From: Alphaproteobacteria bacterium
GTDB lineage: Bacteria > Pseudomonadota > Alphaproteobacteria > Bin95
Direction: 5' to 3'
NCBI GenBank assembly: GCA_965205265.1
Contig: CBDBGH010000003.1
Location: 4,032,001 to 4,096,000 of the forward strand
DNA: 64,000 bases
Positions 26,464 to 37,027 of the stretch are shown here, piece by piece. Below the pieces are notes generated by a model that worked only from the letters and a program-made list of their open reading frames with translations, did not search any database and was not told the origin of the DNA. Within the stretch, counting starts at the first letter, position 1. The number at the start of each line of letters is the position of its first letter. Made by a program: the position numbers and the translations under genes.

Positions 26464-28812
26464 CCGGCCGGAAGCCGTCGGGCGGCCCCTGCCGCGCAGC
26501 GGCGCAAGGCGGCTTGCCGCCGGGCGCGGCAGATATGCCGACGACCTCCGCTTCCCCGGATTGCTCCACCTCGCCTTCGTCAGGAGCCCGCACGCGCATG
26601 CCCGGATCGTGAAGATCGATCCCGCGCCGGCGCTCGCCGCGGTGCCGGGCGCAAGGGTGTTCACCGGGGCCGACATCGCGGCGGTCTGCACGCCCTGGCA
26701 GGGGAAAATGGACCATCTGCCGACCCTGGTCTCGCCGCCGCAGCACGCCGTCGCGGTGGACCGCGCCGTGTGGCAGGGCGAGCCCGTCGCCGCGGTCGCC
26801 GCCGCCAGCCGCGCGCTCGCCGAAGACGCCGCAGCCGCCGTCGCGGTCGAGTGGGAGCCGCTGCCGGCTGCCGCAGTCCGCGACCGCACGCTGGACGAGG
26901 ACGCCGCGCCGGCCCATCCCGAGCTCGGCGGCAATCTCGCCTATGCCGCCGCGATCCGGGCCGGCGACCCGGAAGCCGCGCTTGCCGGGGCGGCGCATGT
27001 CGTAGAGGGCCGCTTCTCCTTCGCGCGCCATACCGGCGTGCCGCTCGAACCGAGGACCGTGATCGCCGACTACGACCCGGGCGAAGGCCGGCTCACCGTC
27101 CATGGCAGCCACCAGGCGCCCTGGCACCAGCAGGACACGCTGTCGCGCCATCTCGGCATCCCCGAACACCTCGTCCGCGTGGTGACGCCCGATATCGGCG
27201 GCGGGTTCGGCATCAAGCTGCATATCTACGGAGAGGAGATCGCGGTCTCGGCCGTCAGCCGGATCCTCGGCCGGCCGGTCAAATATGCCGCCGACCGGCT
27301 GGAATCCTTCGTCAGCGACATCCAGGCCCGCGACCAGAGGGTGGAGGCGCGGCTCGGCGTGGACGCGGACGGGGGCATCAAGGGGCTTACGGTGGATGCG
27401 CTCTCCTCCTTCGGCGCTTTCGCTTCCTACGGCCGGGCGCCCGTCAATGAAGGCATGATGACGATCTCGATGGCCGGCGGCCCCTATGCCAACGAACATT
27501 ATGAGGGCCGGCTGCGCATCGCCTTCCAGAACAAGCCGCCGTCCGGCATGTACCGCGCGGTCGGCCAGCCGATCGCCTGCGCGGTGACCGAGCAGCTTGT
27601 CGATTGGGCGGCCCACGCCGCCGGCATCGACCCGGTGGAGATGCGCCGGCGCAACTACTGGGCCGGGGACGCCTTTCCGCTGAGGACGCCCGGCGGCATC
27701 GCCATGGACCGCCTGAGCCTCGGGCAATGCCTCACAGGCTGGTCTCCATGATGCGCTACGACGCGCTGCGGGCCGAGCAGGCGGCGCTGCGCCGGAACGG
27801 GGTCTATCGCGGCATCGGAGTTGCCACCTTCCTCGAAATGACCGCCATCGGCGCGGAGCGCTACGGCCCGGCCGGCGCCCGCATCAGCACCCAGGACGGC
27901 GCGACGGTACGGCTCGAACCGTCGGGCCGGGTGCGCTGCGTCACCTCCGTCATCGAGATCGGGCAGGGAACCCTGAGCGCGCTCGCGCAGATCGTCGCCG
28001 ACCGGCTGGGCGTCGCCCCGGAGGATGTCGGCGTGGTGGGCGGCGACACGGCGCTCGCCCCCTATGGCGGCGGCGCCTGGGCTTCGCGCGGGCTGACCAT
28101 AGGCGGCGAGGCGGCCTGGCGCGCGGCGGAGGGCCTGCGCCGGAACGTCCTCGAACTCGCCGGCTCGATACTCCAGGCCGATCCGGCCACGCTCGACCTT
28201 GCCGGCGGCGCGGTCTCGGACCGGGCGACGGGAGAGGCCCGGATGACGCTCGCCGAAATCGGGCGCATCGGCCATTTCCGCCAGGACACCCTGCCGCCGG
28301 GCGTGCAGCCGGAGCTCGCCGTCACCCGCCACTACGCGCCCGACGACGTGCCCTTCGCGCTCGCCAACGGCGTGCAGGGCTCGTCGCTGGAGGTCGATAT
28401 CGAGACCGGCGCGGTCAGGCTGCTGGACCACTGGGTGGTCGAGGATTGCGGGCGGATCGTCAATCCGCTGCTGGTCGAGGAGCAGATCAGGGGCGGTGTC
28501 GTGCAGGGCATCGGCGGGGCGCTGTTCGAGGAATGCCGCTATGACGAGCACGGCCAGTTGCTGAACGGCAGCCTCGCCGACTACCTGGTTCCGATGGCGG
28601 CGGAACTGCCCGACATCCATGTCGGCCATGTCGAAACGCCGCTGAGCGGCACCCTGCTCGGCGCCAAGGGGGCGGGCGAGGCCGGGACGGTCGGCGCGCC
28701 GGCGGCCGTCCTGCTCGCGGTGAACGACGCTCTGAGGCCGCTCGGCGCGCAGGTCTCGAGCCTGCCGATCACGCCCGAGGCCGTGCTGAACGCCATCGCG
28801 GCGGCGGCCTGA
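26456..28812 (+). pseudogene. molybdopterin-binding subunit (CoxL-like) split by a frameshift near 27733
   Basis: GGGFG.K and YRAVG.P in 26456-27751; GQG, D.G...NP, Q..GG..QG.G, KGAGE in the next frame to 28812. Confidence 0.85.
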
Positions 28813-28832
28813 CGGGCGGGCGGGGCAATCGG

Positions 28833-29825
28833 GTGGCGGAAGAGGCCCGCAGGTCCGTTCGCTTCCTTTCCGGGTCCGACCTCGACAGGCTCGGCCTTGG
28901 CATGGGCGAACTGGTGGACATTCTGGAGGCGGCGTTCTGGGCGAAAGCGGCCGGCGGGGTTGCGATGCCGCCCAAGATCTTCTTCCACCGGGACGGGCCG
29001 CGCTTCTACAGCGCGATGGTCTCGGCCAGCCCGGCGCTCGGCTATGCCGGATGCAAGTGGCAGAGCGGCGACCCGGACAATCCGGCGAGCGGCCTGCCCT
29101 ATATCCAGGGCCTCTACATCCTGACCGAGGACGCCACGGGGCGCATGCGCGCCGTGATGGACGCGGAATGGATCACCGGCCGGCGCACAGCCGCCGCCTC
29201 CGCGCTGGTCATCCGGCATCTGGCGAAGGCGGGCGCCCGCACCCTCGGCATTCTCGGCTGCGGCCTGCAGGCGCGGGCCCATCTGGAGGCTGTCCATGCC
29301 GTCCGGCCCGGGATCGACCGCTGTGTGTGCTACGACACCGTCCCCGAACGCCGGCAACGCTTCGTCGCGGAGATGACGGGGCAGTTCGGCTTCGCCTCCG
29401 TCGAGGGCATGGACGGGCCCGAGGAGGTCGCACGCCGCGCCGATGTGCTGGTGACCGGCGGGCCGATCGAGAAGGACCGCCGGCCCGTCATCCGGCCGGA
29501 CTGGATCGGGGCCGGCGCGCTGGTCGTCACCATCGACTATGACAGCTATGTCACCGACGAGGCGATCCGGGCGATGGACCTGCTGCTGACCGACGATTTC
29601 GGCCAGATCGAGGATGCGCGGCGGCACGAGGGGAAGTTCCCGGCGGTGGACCGGGTGGATGCGACGCTCGCGGAACTGGTGGCGCATGGCAGGGGCGCGC
29701 GGGCCTCCGATACGCAGCGGATTCTCGTCTTCAATCTCGGCATCGCGCTGGAGGACCTGGCCGTGGCGGTCGAGCTCCTGAAGCGGGCCGAACGGAGCGG
29801 CGCCGGGACGATGCTGCCCCTTTAG
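28833..29825 (+). CDS. ornithine cyclodeaminase / mu-crystallin family protein
   Basis: IT..RTAAAS, GCG.QA..H, G.A.EDLA.A. Confidence 0.87.
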   Translation: MAEEARRSVRFLSGSDLDRLGLGMGELVDILEAAFWAKAAGGVAMPPKIFFHRDGPRFYSAMVSASPALGYAGCKWQSGDPDNPASGLPYIQGLYILTEDATGRMRAVMDAEWITGRRTAAASALVIRHLAKAGARTLGILGCGLQARAHLEAVHAVRPGIDRCVCYDTVPERRQRFVAEMTGQFGFASVEGMDGPEEVARRADVLVTGGPIEKDRRPVIRPDWIGAGALVVTIDYDSYVTDEAIRAMDLLLTDDFGQIEDARRHEGKFPAVDRVDATLAELVAHGRGARASDTQRILVFNLGIALEDLAVAVELLKRAERSGAGTMLPL

Positions 29826-29833
29826 CCGCCGTG

Positions 29834-30829
29834 TCAGGGCAGGAGCAGGATCTTGCCGATATGCGCGCTCGATTCCATCAGCCGGTGGGCCTCCGCGGCC
29901 TGCTCGAGCGGGAAGCGCGCATGGGTCACGGCGCGGAACTCGCCCGAGGCGAAACGCGGCCAGGCATAGTCCGAAACCTCCTTGCAGATGCGGCCCTTCT
30001 CCTCGACGGAGCGCGGCCGCAGCATCGAGCCGGTCACGACCAGCTGCTTGCGCTGGACGAGGCCGAAATTCACGAGCGCCTCCGAGCCCTGCATGAAAGC
30101 CACGAAGCAGAGCCGCCCGCCATGGTTCAGCAGTTCGAGCTGGCGCGCGATGTAGTCTCCGCCCACCATGTCGAGAATGACATCGGCCCCGCCCGCCGCC
30201 TCGCGCGCGGCCGCGACGAAATCCTCCTCGCGGTAGTCGATCGCCCGGTCGGCGCCGAGCGCCTCGCAGGCCGCCACCTTCTCCGCGCTGCCCGCGGTCG
30301 CCAGCACGGTGCAGCCCCAGGCCTTCGCGAGCTGGATCGCGGTCGTGCCGATGCCGCTGGAGCCGCCCTGCACCAGGAAGGTCTCGCCCGGCTTGAGGGC
30401 GCAGGCCTGGAAGACATTGGCCCAGACGGTGGCGTAGGTCTCCGGCAGGCCGCCCGCGTCGATGAGGTCCACGCCGTCGGGCACGGGCATGCACTGAACG
30501 GCCGGCACGGCGGTGTATTCGCAATAGCCGTCGCCGGAGAGCAGCGCGCAGACCGGCTCGCCCACCGCCCGGCCCTCGACGCCCTCGCCGATGCCGGCCA
30601 CGGTGCCCGAGCATTCGAGCCCGATGATGTCGGAGGCGCCCGGCGGCAGCGGGTAGCTGCCCGCGCGCTGCATGCAGTCCGCCCGGTTGACGCCGGCGGC
30701 CGCGATGCGGATGAGCACCTCCCCGGGGCCGGGCCGGGGCACCGGGCGGCGTCCGGGCACCAGCGCCTCCGGGCCGCCGGGGACGGGGGTTTCGACAACG
30801 GTCATTTCGGCGGGCAATGCGTTGGCCAT
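29834..30829 (-). CDS. NAD(P)H-quinone oxidoreductase (PIG3 type)
   Basis: AAGVNRAD..QR.G.YP, GGSSGIGTTAIQ, MESS.HIGKI. Confidence 0.9.
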   Translation of the reverse strand: MANALPAEMTVVETPVPGGPEALVPGRRPVPRPGPGEVLIRIAAAGVNRADCMQRAGSYPLPPGASDIIGLECSGTVAGIGEGVEGRAVGEPVCALLSGDGYCEYTAVPAVQCMPVPDGVDLIDAGGLPETYATVWANVFQACALKPGETFLVQGGSSGIGTTAIQLAKAWGCTVLATAGSAEKVAACEALGADRAIDYREEDFVAAAREAAGGADVILDMVGGDYIARQLELLNHGGRLCFVAFMQGSEALVNFGLVQRKQLVVTGSMLRPRSVEEKGRICKEVSDYAWPRFASGEFRAVTHARFPLEQAAEAHRLMESSAHIGKILLLP

Positions 30830-30887
30830 CTCGGTCCATTCCGGGTAAAGGGCAGGGGCCGGCGACATTCGCAAGCGGAGGCCCGCC

Positions 30888-31073
30888 ATGCAAGACGAAG
30901 ACGAGAAACCCCGCCCGCCGGACTACACCCTCGGCGACGACCTCTCCCGGCTCTCGGTGGGGGACCTGGAGGAACTCGCCGCCCGGCTCCGCGCCGAAGC
31001 CGACCGCGTCGATGAGGAGCGGGAGCGCAAGAAAAGCGCCATCGGCGGCGCTGCGGCCCTGTTCAGGAACTGA
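30888..31073 (+). CDS. DUF1192-like small protein
   Basis: G.DLS.LSV.DLEE....L.AE..R, AAALF C-terminus. Confidence 0.75.
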   Translation: MQDEDEKPRPPDYTLGDDLSRLSVGDLEELAARLRAEADRVDEERERKKSAIGGAAALFRN

Positions 31074-31087
31074 GGCGGGCCCCGCAT

Positions 31088-31192
31088 CGTCACCCCGGAC
31101 TACGATCCGGGGTCCATCCTGCACCGGTTCCGCCCGGCGTGACGGTCCGGAGATGGGTCCCGGCTCTCCGCTGCGCTCCGGCCGGGACGACG
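31088..31192. repeat. REP-like palindromic element
   Basis: CGTCACCCCGGAC..GATCCGGGGTCCA ... GGTCCCGGC..GCCGGGACGACG; related copy at 52877-52981. Confidence 0.6.
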
Positions 31193-31282
31193 AAGGGGGA
31201 AGGGCCGCAGCCTTGTTCAAGAAGCGGGCCGGGCGTGCTAGCATCGGCAGCGAAACCGAACGCAAGCGGAGGGCCGCGGGCC

Positions 31283-31483
31283 GTGAGAATCAAGGTCGAT
31301 CCCGATCTCTGCGAAGGGCACAACCGCTGTTTCGCGCTGGCGCCGGACCTGTTCGAGGTCGATGACTACGGGCTGTCCAGCGCGCTGAACGACGGCGCGG
31401 TGCCGCCCGGCCGCGAAGAGCAGGCCCGGCTCGCCATCGACAATTGTCCCGAATTCGCGATTTCGGTCGTGGACGAGGACTGA
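31283..31483 (+). CDS. ferredoxin, probable P450 redox partner
   Basis: VD.DLCEGHNRC...AP..F, NCPE.AI; upstream of two P450 genes. Confidence 0.87.
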   Translation: MRIKVDPDLCEGHNRCFALAPDLFEVDDYGLSSALNDGAVPPGREEQARLAIDNCPEFAISVVDED

Positions 31484-31497
31484 CGGGGGACAAGCTT

Positions 31498-32733
31498 ATG
31501 ACCGACGCGCCGGAAACCTGTCCGGTCCACGACTGGGCGACCGACTACGACATTTTCGACCCCGGCTATGTGCGCGACCCGGCGCCGGTCTGGGACGAGT
31601 TGCGCGAGCGCTGCCCGATTGCGCACACGACGCGCTGGGGCGGCTCCTGGCTGCCGACCCGCTACGAGGACCTGCAGGCGATGGTCAAGATGGTGCCGGC
31701 GCTCTCCTCGCGCTCGACCGTGGTGGTGCCGCCGCCGCCCGAGCTGCGCGAGGTGCTGGTGGCGGAGGCGAAGAAATACGGCAGCGAGAGCCCGCCGATC
31801 ACCGCCGATCCGCCGGAGCACAGGCCCTTCCGGCGGCTGGTCCTGCCCTTCTTCTCGCCGCGCGCGGTGGAGGCGCAGATCCCCTACACGCGCGAACTCT
31901 GCAACAGCCTGATCGACGGCTTCGCGGGCAGGGGCGAGGCGGATGCGGCCGCGGACTATGCGCAGCAGATCACGCCGCGCGTCATCGCGCACATCCTCGG
32001 CATCGACCCCGGCCGCGCGGACGAGTTCGTGGAGTGGGTGCGCGGCATCCTGGAGCTCGGCCAGACGCAGCCGGAAATGCGCATCAAATATCGCGGCGTC
32101 ATCCGCGACTTCTTCGAGGAGATGGTGGCCGAGCGGCGCGCGAACCCCGGCGACGACCCGATCTCGACCCTGATCGAGGCCGAGGTCGAGGGCGAGAAGC
32201 TGGAGGATTACAAGGTCGTCGGCGTCTGTTTCCTGCTGCTGGTGGCCGGCATCGACACCACATGGAGTTCGATTTCCTCCTCCCTGCTGCATTTCGCGAC
32301 GCATCCTGAGGACCGGGCGCGGATGCGGGCCGAACCGGAACTGTGGCCTGTGGCGGTGGAGGAGCTGCTGCGCTTCTACGCACCCGTGACCATGGCCCGC
32401 AAGGTGACGGAGCCGGTGGAGATCGGCGGCGTGGAAATGACGCCCGGCGACAAGGTGCTGCTGAACTTCCCCGGCGCCAACCGCGATCCGGCGGCGTTCG
32501 AGAAGCCCGACGAGGTGGTCCTCGACCGCAAGCGCAACCGGCATATCGCCTTCGGCCTCGGCATCCACCGCTGCGCCGGCTCCAACCTCGCGCGGATGGA
32601 GATGCAGGTGGCGCTGCGCACCTGGTTCGACCGCATCGGCGAGTTCGAGCTGGCGGACCCGGACGCGGTCACCTGGGCCGGCGGGCAGGTGCGCGGCCCC
32701 CGCACGGTGCCGGTCCGCTTCGCCGCCGCCTGA
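31498..32733 (+). CDS. cytochrome P450
   Basis: AGIDTT, EELLR, FGLGIHRCAG heme motif. Confidence 0.95.
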   Translation: MTDAPETCPVHDWATDYDIFDPGYVRDPAPVWDELRERCPIAHTTRWGGSWLPTRYEDLQAMVKMVPALSSRSTVVVPPPPELREVLVAEAKKYGSESPPITADPPEHRPFRRLVLPFFSPRAVEAQIPYTRELCNSLIDGFAGRGEADAAADYAQQITPRVIAHILGIDPGRADEFVEWVRGILELGQTQPEMRIKYRGVIRDFFEEMVAERRANPGDDPISTLIEAEVEGEKLEDYKVVGVCFLLLVAGIDTTWSSISSSLLHFATHPEDRARMRAEPELWPVAVEELLRFYAPVTMARKVTEPVEIGGVEMTPGDKVLLNFPGANRDPAAFEKPDEVVLDRKRNRHIAFGLGIHRCAGSNLARMEMQVALRTWFDRIGEFELADPDAVTWAGGQVRGPRTVPVRFAAA

Positions 32734-32767
32734 AACCGAACCGCCGCGCCCACGGGAGACAGCGCCC

Positions 32768-34009
32768 ATGACCGACAGCCCTGCACGTTGCCCGGTCGGG
32801 GACTGGGCCAGCGACTACGACATCTTCGACCCCGACTATGTGCGCGACCCGGCGCCCGTCTGGGAGGAGCTGCGCGGGCGCTGCCCGATCGCGCATACGG
32901 AGCGCTGGGGCGGCTCCTGGCTGCCGACGCGCTACGAGCACCTGCAGCAGATGGTGAAGATGGTGCCAGCGCTCTCCTCCGCCTCGCCGCTGGTGGTGCC
33001 GCCCTCGCCGGAGATGATGGAGATCCTGGAGGCGGAGACGGAGAAGCACGGCGAGACCAGCCGCACCCCGCCGATCACCTCCGACCCGCCGCGCCACCGG
33101 CCCTACCGGCGCCTCATCATGCCGCTGTTCAGCCCGCATGCGGTGGAGCGGCACATCCCCTATACGCGCGACCTCTGCAACCGGCTGATCGACGGCTTCA
33201 TCGCCGACGGCCGGGCCGACGCGGCGGCGGATTATGCGGAGCAGATCACGCCGCGCGTCATCGCACATATCCTCGGCATCGACCCGGCGCGGGCCGAGGA
33301 GTTCGTCGGCTGGGTGCGCGGCGTGCTGGAGATCGGGCTGACCGACCCGGACGAGGCGGTGCGCTCGCGGACCGCCATCCGGACCTTCTTCCAGGAGATG
33401 GTGGACGAGCGGCGCGAGCGGCCCTGCGGCGACGCGATCTCCATGCTGATCGAGTCCGAAGCCGAGGGCGAGAAGCTGACCGACTACCGGATTCTCGGCA
33501 TGTGCTCGCTGCTGCTGATCGCCGGCATCGACACGACCTGGAGCGCGATCTCGTCTTCGCTCTACCATTTCGCGACCCACCCGGAGGACCGGGCCAGGTT
33601 GCGCGCGGAACCCGAGCTGCTGCCGACGGCGGTGGAGGAGCTGCTGCGCTTCTATTCGCCCGTCACCATGGGCCGCATCGCGACCGAGCCGGTGGAGATC
33701 GACGGGGCCCGGATCGGGGAGGGCGACCGGGTGCTGCTCAACTTCCCCGGCGCCAACCGCGACCCGGAGGCGTTCGAGCGCGCCGACGAGGTGGTGCTGG
33801 ACCGCGAGCGCAACCGCCACATCGCCTTCGGCCTCGGCATCCACCGCTGCGCCGGCTCCAACCTCGCCCGGATGGAGATGCAGGTGGCGCTGCGCACCTG
33901 GTTCGACCGCATCGGCGAATTCGAACTGGAGGACGCGGGGGCGGTTACCTGGGCCGGCGGCCAGGTGCGCGGGCCGAGGAAAGTGCCGGTCAGGTTCGAG
34001 GCCGCCTGA
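32768..34009 (+). CDS. cytochrome P450 (tandem paralog)
   Basis: Same motifs; highly similar to 31498-32733. Confidence 0.95.
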   Translation: MTDSPARCPVGDWASDYDIFDPDYVRDPAPVWEELRGRCPIAHTERWGGSWLPTRYEHLQQMVKMVPALSSASPLVVPPSPEMMEILEAETEKHGETSRTPPITSDPPRHRPYRRLIMPLFSPHAVERHIPYTRDLCNRLIDGFIADGRADAAADYAEQITPRVIAHILGIDPARAEEFVGWVRGVLEIGLTDPDEAVRSRTAIRTFFQEMVDERRERPCGDAISMLIESEAEGEKLTDYRILGMCSLLLIAGIDTTWSAISSSLYHFATHPEDRARLRAEPELLPTAVEELLRFYSPVTMGRIATEPVEIDGARIGEGDRVLLNFPGANRDPEAFERADEVVLDRERNRHIAFGLGIHRCAGSNLARMEMQVALRTWFDRIGEFELEDAGAVTWAGGQVRGPRKVPVRFEAA

Positions 34010-34025
34010 GGCCGCCCGTCCCGCC

Positions 34026-34730
34026 TCAGCCGAGCGCCTTCAACGCCGCTTCGCGGGTTTCGAAATGGTCGATGACGGAGGTGAAGCCGCCCATGTCGAT
34101 GATCGAGCGGCATTCCGGCAGCAGGGCGGCAAGCACCATCCGGCCGCCCTTCTCCTGGCAGAGCTTGGCCGAGACCAGCAGGGCGCGCATCCCGCTGCTG
34201 TCCACATAGCCCATGCCCCCGCAGTCCAGCACGATGCGGGCGTTGCCGCGTCCGACGGCGGCGAAGATCCTCTCCGTCAGGATCGGCGCGTTCCTGCCCT
34301 CCAGCCGCCCGTCCACCGTGAGCAGCACCGTGCGTTCCAACTGCCGTTCCGCGATGGCGAACCCGTTGCCGTATTCCGGCTCCCGGGGGTCTTCGGCGGC
34401 GGGGGCGGCAAGCGCGGCCTCGACGGTCTCGGGGCAGTCGAGGACCATCAGCAGGCCGGTCGTGTCCAGGATCGACCGGCATTCGGGCCGGAGCCCCGCG
34501 ACGGAGAACTCGCAGCCGGTCTGGATGCATGCCCTGGCGCCGAGCAGCAGCGCCCTCAGCCCGGCGCTGCTGATATAGGCGACCTCGCGGCAATCCAGCA
34601 CCAGCCGGCCGGGGGCGGTCCTGGCGACGGCGGCGATCCTGGCTTCCAGCTCGGGCGCGCCGGCTGCGTCCAGCCGCCCGGCCGGGGAAACGATGACAGC
34701 CGGACCTTCGTTCCGCTCCTCGATCTTCAT
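34026..34730 (-). CDS. tandem STAS (anti-sigma factor antagonist) protein
   Basis: Two GRL(D/E)...VLDC....Y(I/V)(S/D)S.G.RALL units. Confidence 0.85.
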   Translation of the reverse strand: MKIEERNEGPAVIVSPAGRLDAAGAPELEARIAAVARTAPGRLVLDCREVAYISSAGLRALLLGARACIQTGCEFSVAGLRPECRSILDTTGLLMVLDCPETVEAALAAPAAEDPREPEYGNGFAIAERQLERTVLLTVDGRLEGRNAPILTERIFAAVGRGNARIVLDCGGMGYVDSSGMRALLVSAKLCQEKGGRMVLAALLPECRSIIDMGGFTSVIDHFETREAALKALG

Positions 34731-34954
34731 CGCGCCGCTTCCGTCATCGCCAACTCTTCGGTGCTTCCGGGACAGGCGCCGACTATACAGGGATATGCCG
34801 GAATTGACACGAGCGCCGCTGCGGGGAAGCTGCCGCGGAAACGGATTTGCGGGTTTTTCCGGAACCTGCCGCCCCGGATGGCGGGCGCATGTCTCGACCC
34901 GCGCGCGCCGCTGTTGTAGCAATGCGGGATGCAGGCGACGGGAGAGCCGACGAC

Positions 34955-35569
34955 ATGGCCCCAGATACAGGCGACAGCGCCCCCCTGATCCGACCGACCC
35001 GCGCGCAGGCCGAAGAGGCCGTGCGCACCCTGCTGCGCTGGGCGGGCGACGACCCCTCGCGCGAGGGCCTTGTCGGCACGCCGGACCGGGTGCTCCGGGC
35101 CTATGGCGAGTTCTTCGCGGGCTACGGCGAAGACCCGGTCAGCGTGCTGGAGCGCACCTTCGAGGAAACCGCCGACTATGACGAGATGATCGTGGTGCGC
35201 GACATCCGCCTGGAAAGCCATTGCGAGCACCACATCGTGCCGATCGTCGGCAAGGCCCATGTCGGCTACCTGCCGGCCGGGCGCGTGGTCGGCATCTCCA
35301 AGCTCGCGCGCGTGGTGGACATCTTCGCCAAGCGCCTGCAGATCCAGGAGAGGCTCACCACCGAGATCGCCGACGCCATCGACCATGTGCTGAGGCCGCG
35401 CGGCGTGGCGGTGGTCATCGAAGCCACGCATATGTGCATGTCCACGCGCGGCATCCACAAGACCGCGTCCTCCACCGTGACCAGCCGGATGCTCGGCGGC
35501 TTCCGCACCGACCCGACGACGCGGCGCGAGTTCCTGACCATGATCGGCAGAGGTGGCGATTCCGTCTGA
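34955..35569 (+). CDS. folE: GTP cyclohydrolase I
   Basis: [41 protein letters not shown]. Confidence 0.95.
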   Translation: MAPDTGDSAPLIRPTRAQAEEAVRTLLRWAGDDPSREGLVGTPDRVLRAYGEFFAGYGEDPVSVLERTFEETADYDEMIVVRDIRLESHCEHHIVPIVGKAHVGYLPAGRVVGISKLARVVDIFAKRLQIQERLTTEIADAIDHVLRPRGVAVVIEATHMCMSTRGIHKTASSTVTSRMLGGFRTDPTTRREFLTMIGRGGDSV

Positions 35570-35613
35570 GCCGCGCTAACCTTTCCCGCGACAAACCGCC
35601 GGAGGGGAACGCG

Positions 35614-36138
35614 ATGACCTATACGCTTGAGCAATTCGCCGCCGAATGCCGCGAGGCGCTGGCCGCCGACAGCGGGAGGGCCGGCAGGGAGGGCGTGCTC
35701 GCCTGCGTGAAGAAGGCGCTGGCCAGCCCGGAGTTCCTGGAAACCCATCTCGGGCCGGACGCGACGGCGGAGCGCGAGATCATCTATGAGGACCCGGATT
35801 ACGGTTTCTGCATCTGCGCCCATGTCTATCGGGGCGCGCGCACCAGCGGGCCGCACGACCACGGGCCGACCTGGGCGATCTACGGCCTGGCGTCCGGCGA
35901 GACCGAAATGACCGACTGGCGCATCGTCGAGCCGCCCCGGGACGGCAAGCCGGGCAAGGTCGCGCTCTCCCGCGTCTATGAGATGAAGCCGGGCGACGCC
36001 TTTCTCTACGACATCGGCGATGTCCACGCGCCGCGCCGGATGTCGTCGAGCCGCCTCATCCGCATCGAAGGCTGCGACACCATGAAGGTCCAGCGCACGC
36101 CGCTGATGGCGGTGGAAGAAGCGGACGCCGCGGAATGA
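35614..36138 (+). CDS. cupin / cysteine dioxygenase-like protein
   Basis: PHDHG.TWAIYG...GE, GD.H.P. Confidence 0.7.
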   Translation: MTYTLEQFAAECREALAADSGRAGREGVLACVKKALASPEFLETHLGPDATAEREIIYEDPDYGFCICAHVYRGARTSGPHDHGPTWAIYGLASGETEMTDWRIVEPPRDGKPGKVALSRVYEMKPGDAFLYDIGDVHAPRRMSSSRLIRIEGCDTMKVQRTPLMAVEEADAAE

Positions 36139-37022
36139 GCCTTGAGATCCGCCGGCTGACGCCGGTGTTCGCGGGCGAGGTCTCGGGCGTCGATACCACG
36201 CGCCCGCTGCCGCCGGGGGTGGCGGCGGAGATCGACGCCGGCATGGCGGAACACGGTGTGCTGGTGTTCCCGGACCAGGCGCTGACGGACGAGCAGCAGG
36301 CGGCGTTCAGCCAGAATTTCGGCCGGCTCGAAATGCCGTCGGCGGTGTCCAACATCACCAAGGACCACGAGCGCCGCCTCGGCCCCGCCATGGCGGACGT
36401 CTCCAACCTCACCAGGGAGCACCGGCCCTTCGACCGCGAGGACCGGCGGCGCATGTTCAATCTCGGCAACCGCCTCTGGCACTCGGATTCCTCCTTCCGG
36501 GCGGTGCCGGCGAAATACTCGCTGCTTTCCGGGCGCGTCCTGCCGCCCTCCGGCGGCAATACCGAGTTCGCCGACATGGCGGCGGCTTACGATGCGCTCG
36601 ACGGGGCGATGAAGGCGCGGATCGAGGACCTTGTCTGCGAGCATTCCCTGCTCTACTCGCGGGGCCGGCTCGGCTTCGAGGGCCTGACGGAGGAGGAGCG
36701 CGCCAATTTCCGCCCCGTGCGCCAGGCGCTGGTGCGCGTCCACCCGGCCAGCGGGCGCAAGTCGCTCTACCTCTCCGCCCATGCCGGCAGGATCGTCGGC
36801 TGGCCGGTGCCCGAAGGACGCCTGCTGCTGGAGGAGCTGACCGAGCACGCAACGCAGCGCGGGTTCGTCTATGCCCATGAATGGCGGGTGAACGACCTTG
36901 TGGTGTGGGACAACCGGCGCACCATGCACCGCGCCCGGCCCTTCGACGATGTCAATGAGGTCCGCGACATGCGCCGCACCACCGTGGCCGGCGAGGAAAT
37001 GACGGCCGCCCAGGCGGCCTGA
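36135..37022 (+). CDS. TauD/TfdA Fe(II)/2-oxoglutarate dioxygenase
   Basis: WHSDSSF, GGNTEFAD, WDNR.TMHRA. Confidence 0.92.
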   Translation: MSLEIRRLTPVFAGEVSGVDTTRPLPPGVAAEIDAGMAEHGVLVFPDQALTDEQQAAFSQNFGRLEMPSAVSNITKDHERRLGPAMADVSNLTREHRPFDREDRRRMFNLGNRLWHSDSSFRAVPAKYSLLSGRVLPPSGGNTEFADMAAAYDALDGAMKARIEDLVCEHSLLYSRGRLGFEGLTEEERANFRPVRQALVRVHPASGRKSLYLSAHAGRIVGWPVPEGRLLLEELTEHATQRGFVYAHEWRVNDLVVWDNRRTMHRARPFDDVNEVRDMRRTTVAGEEMTAAQAA

Positions 37023-37027
37023 AGGCA

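Noticed and set aside
24142-28812. True aerobic CO dehydrogenase
   Set aside because: The active-site loop reads MYRAVG, not the form I AYxCSFR motif, so it is called a generic Mo-hydroxylase.
28581-31265. Very long alternative ORFs (this 894-aa one, also 1730-4009, 20343-22121, 36869-38794, 56354-58408)
   Set aside because: Shadow frames caused by high GC; Arg/Pro/Gly/Ala-rich, motif-free and overlapping well-supported genes.
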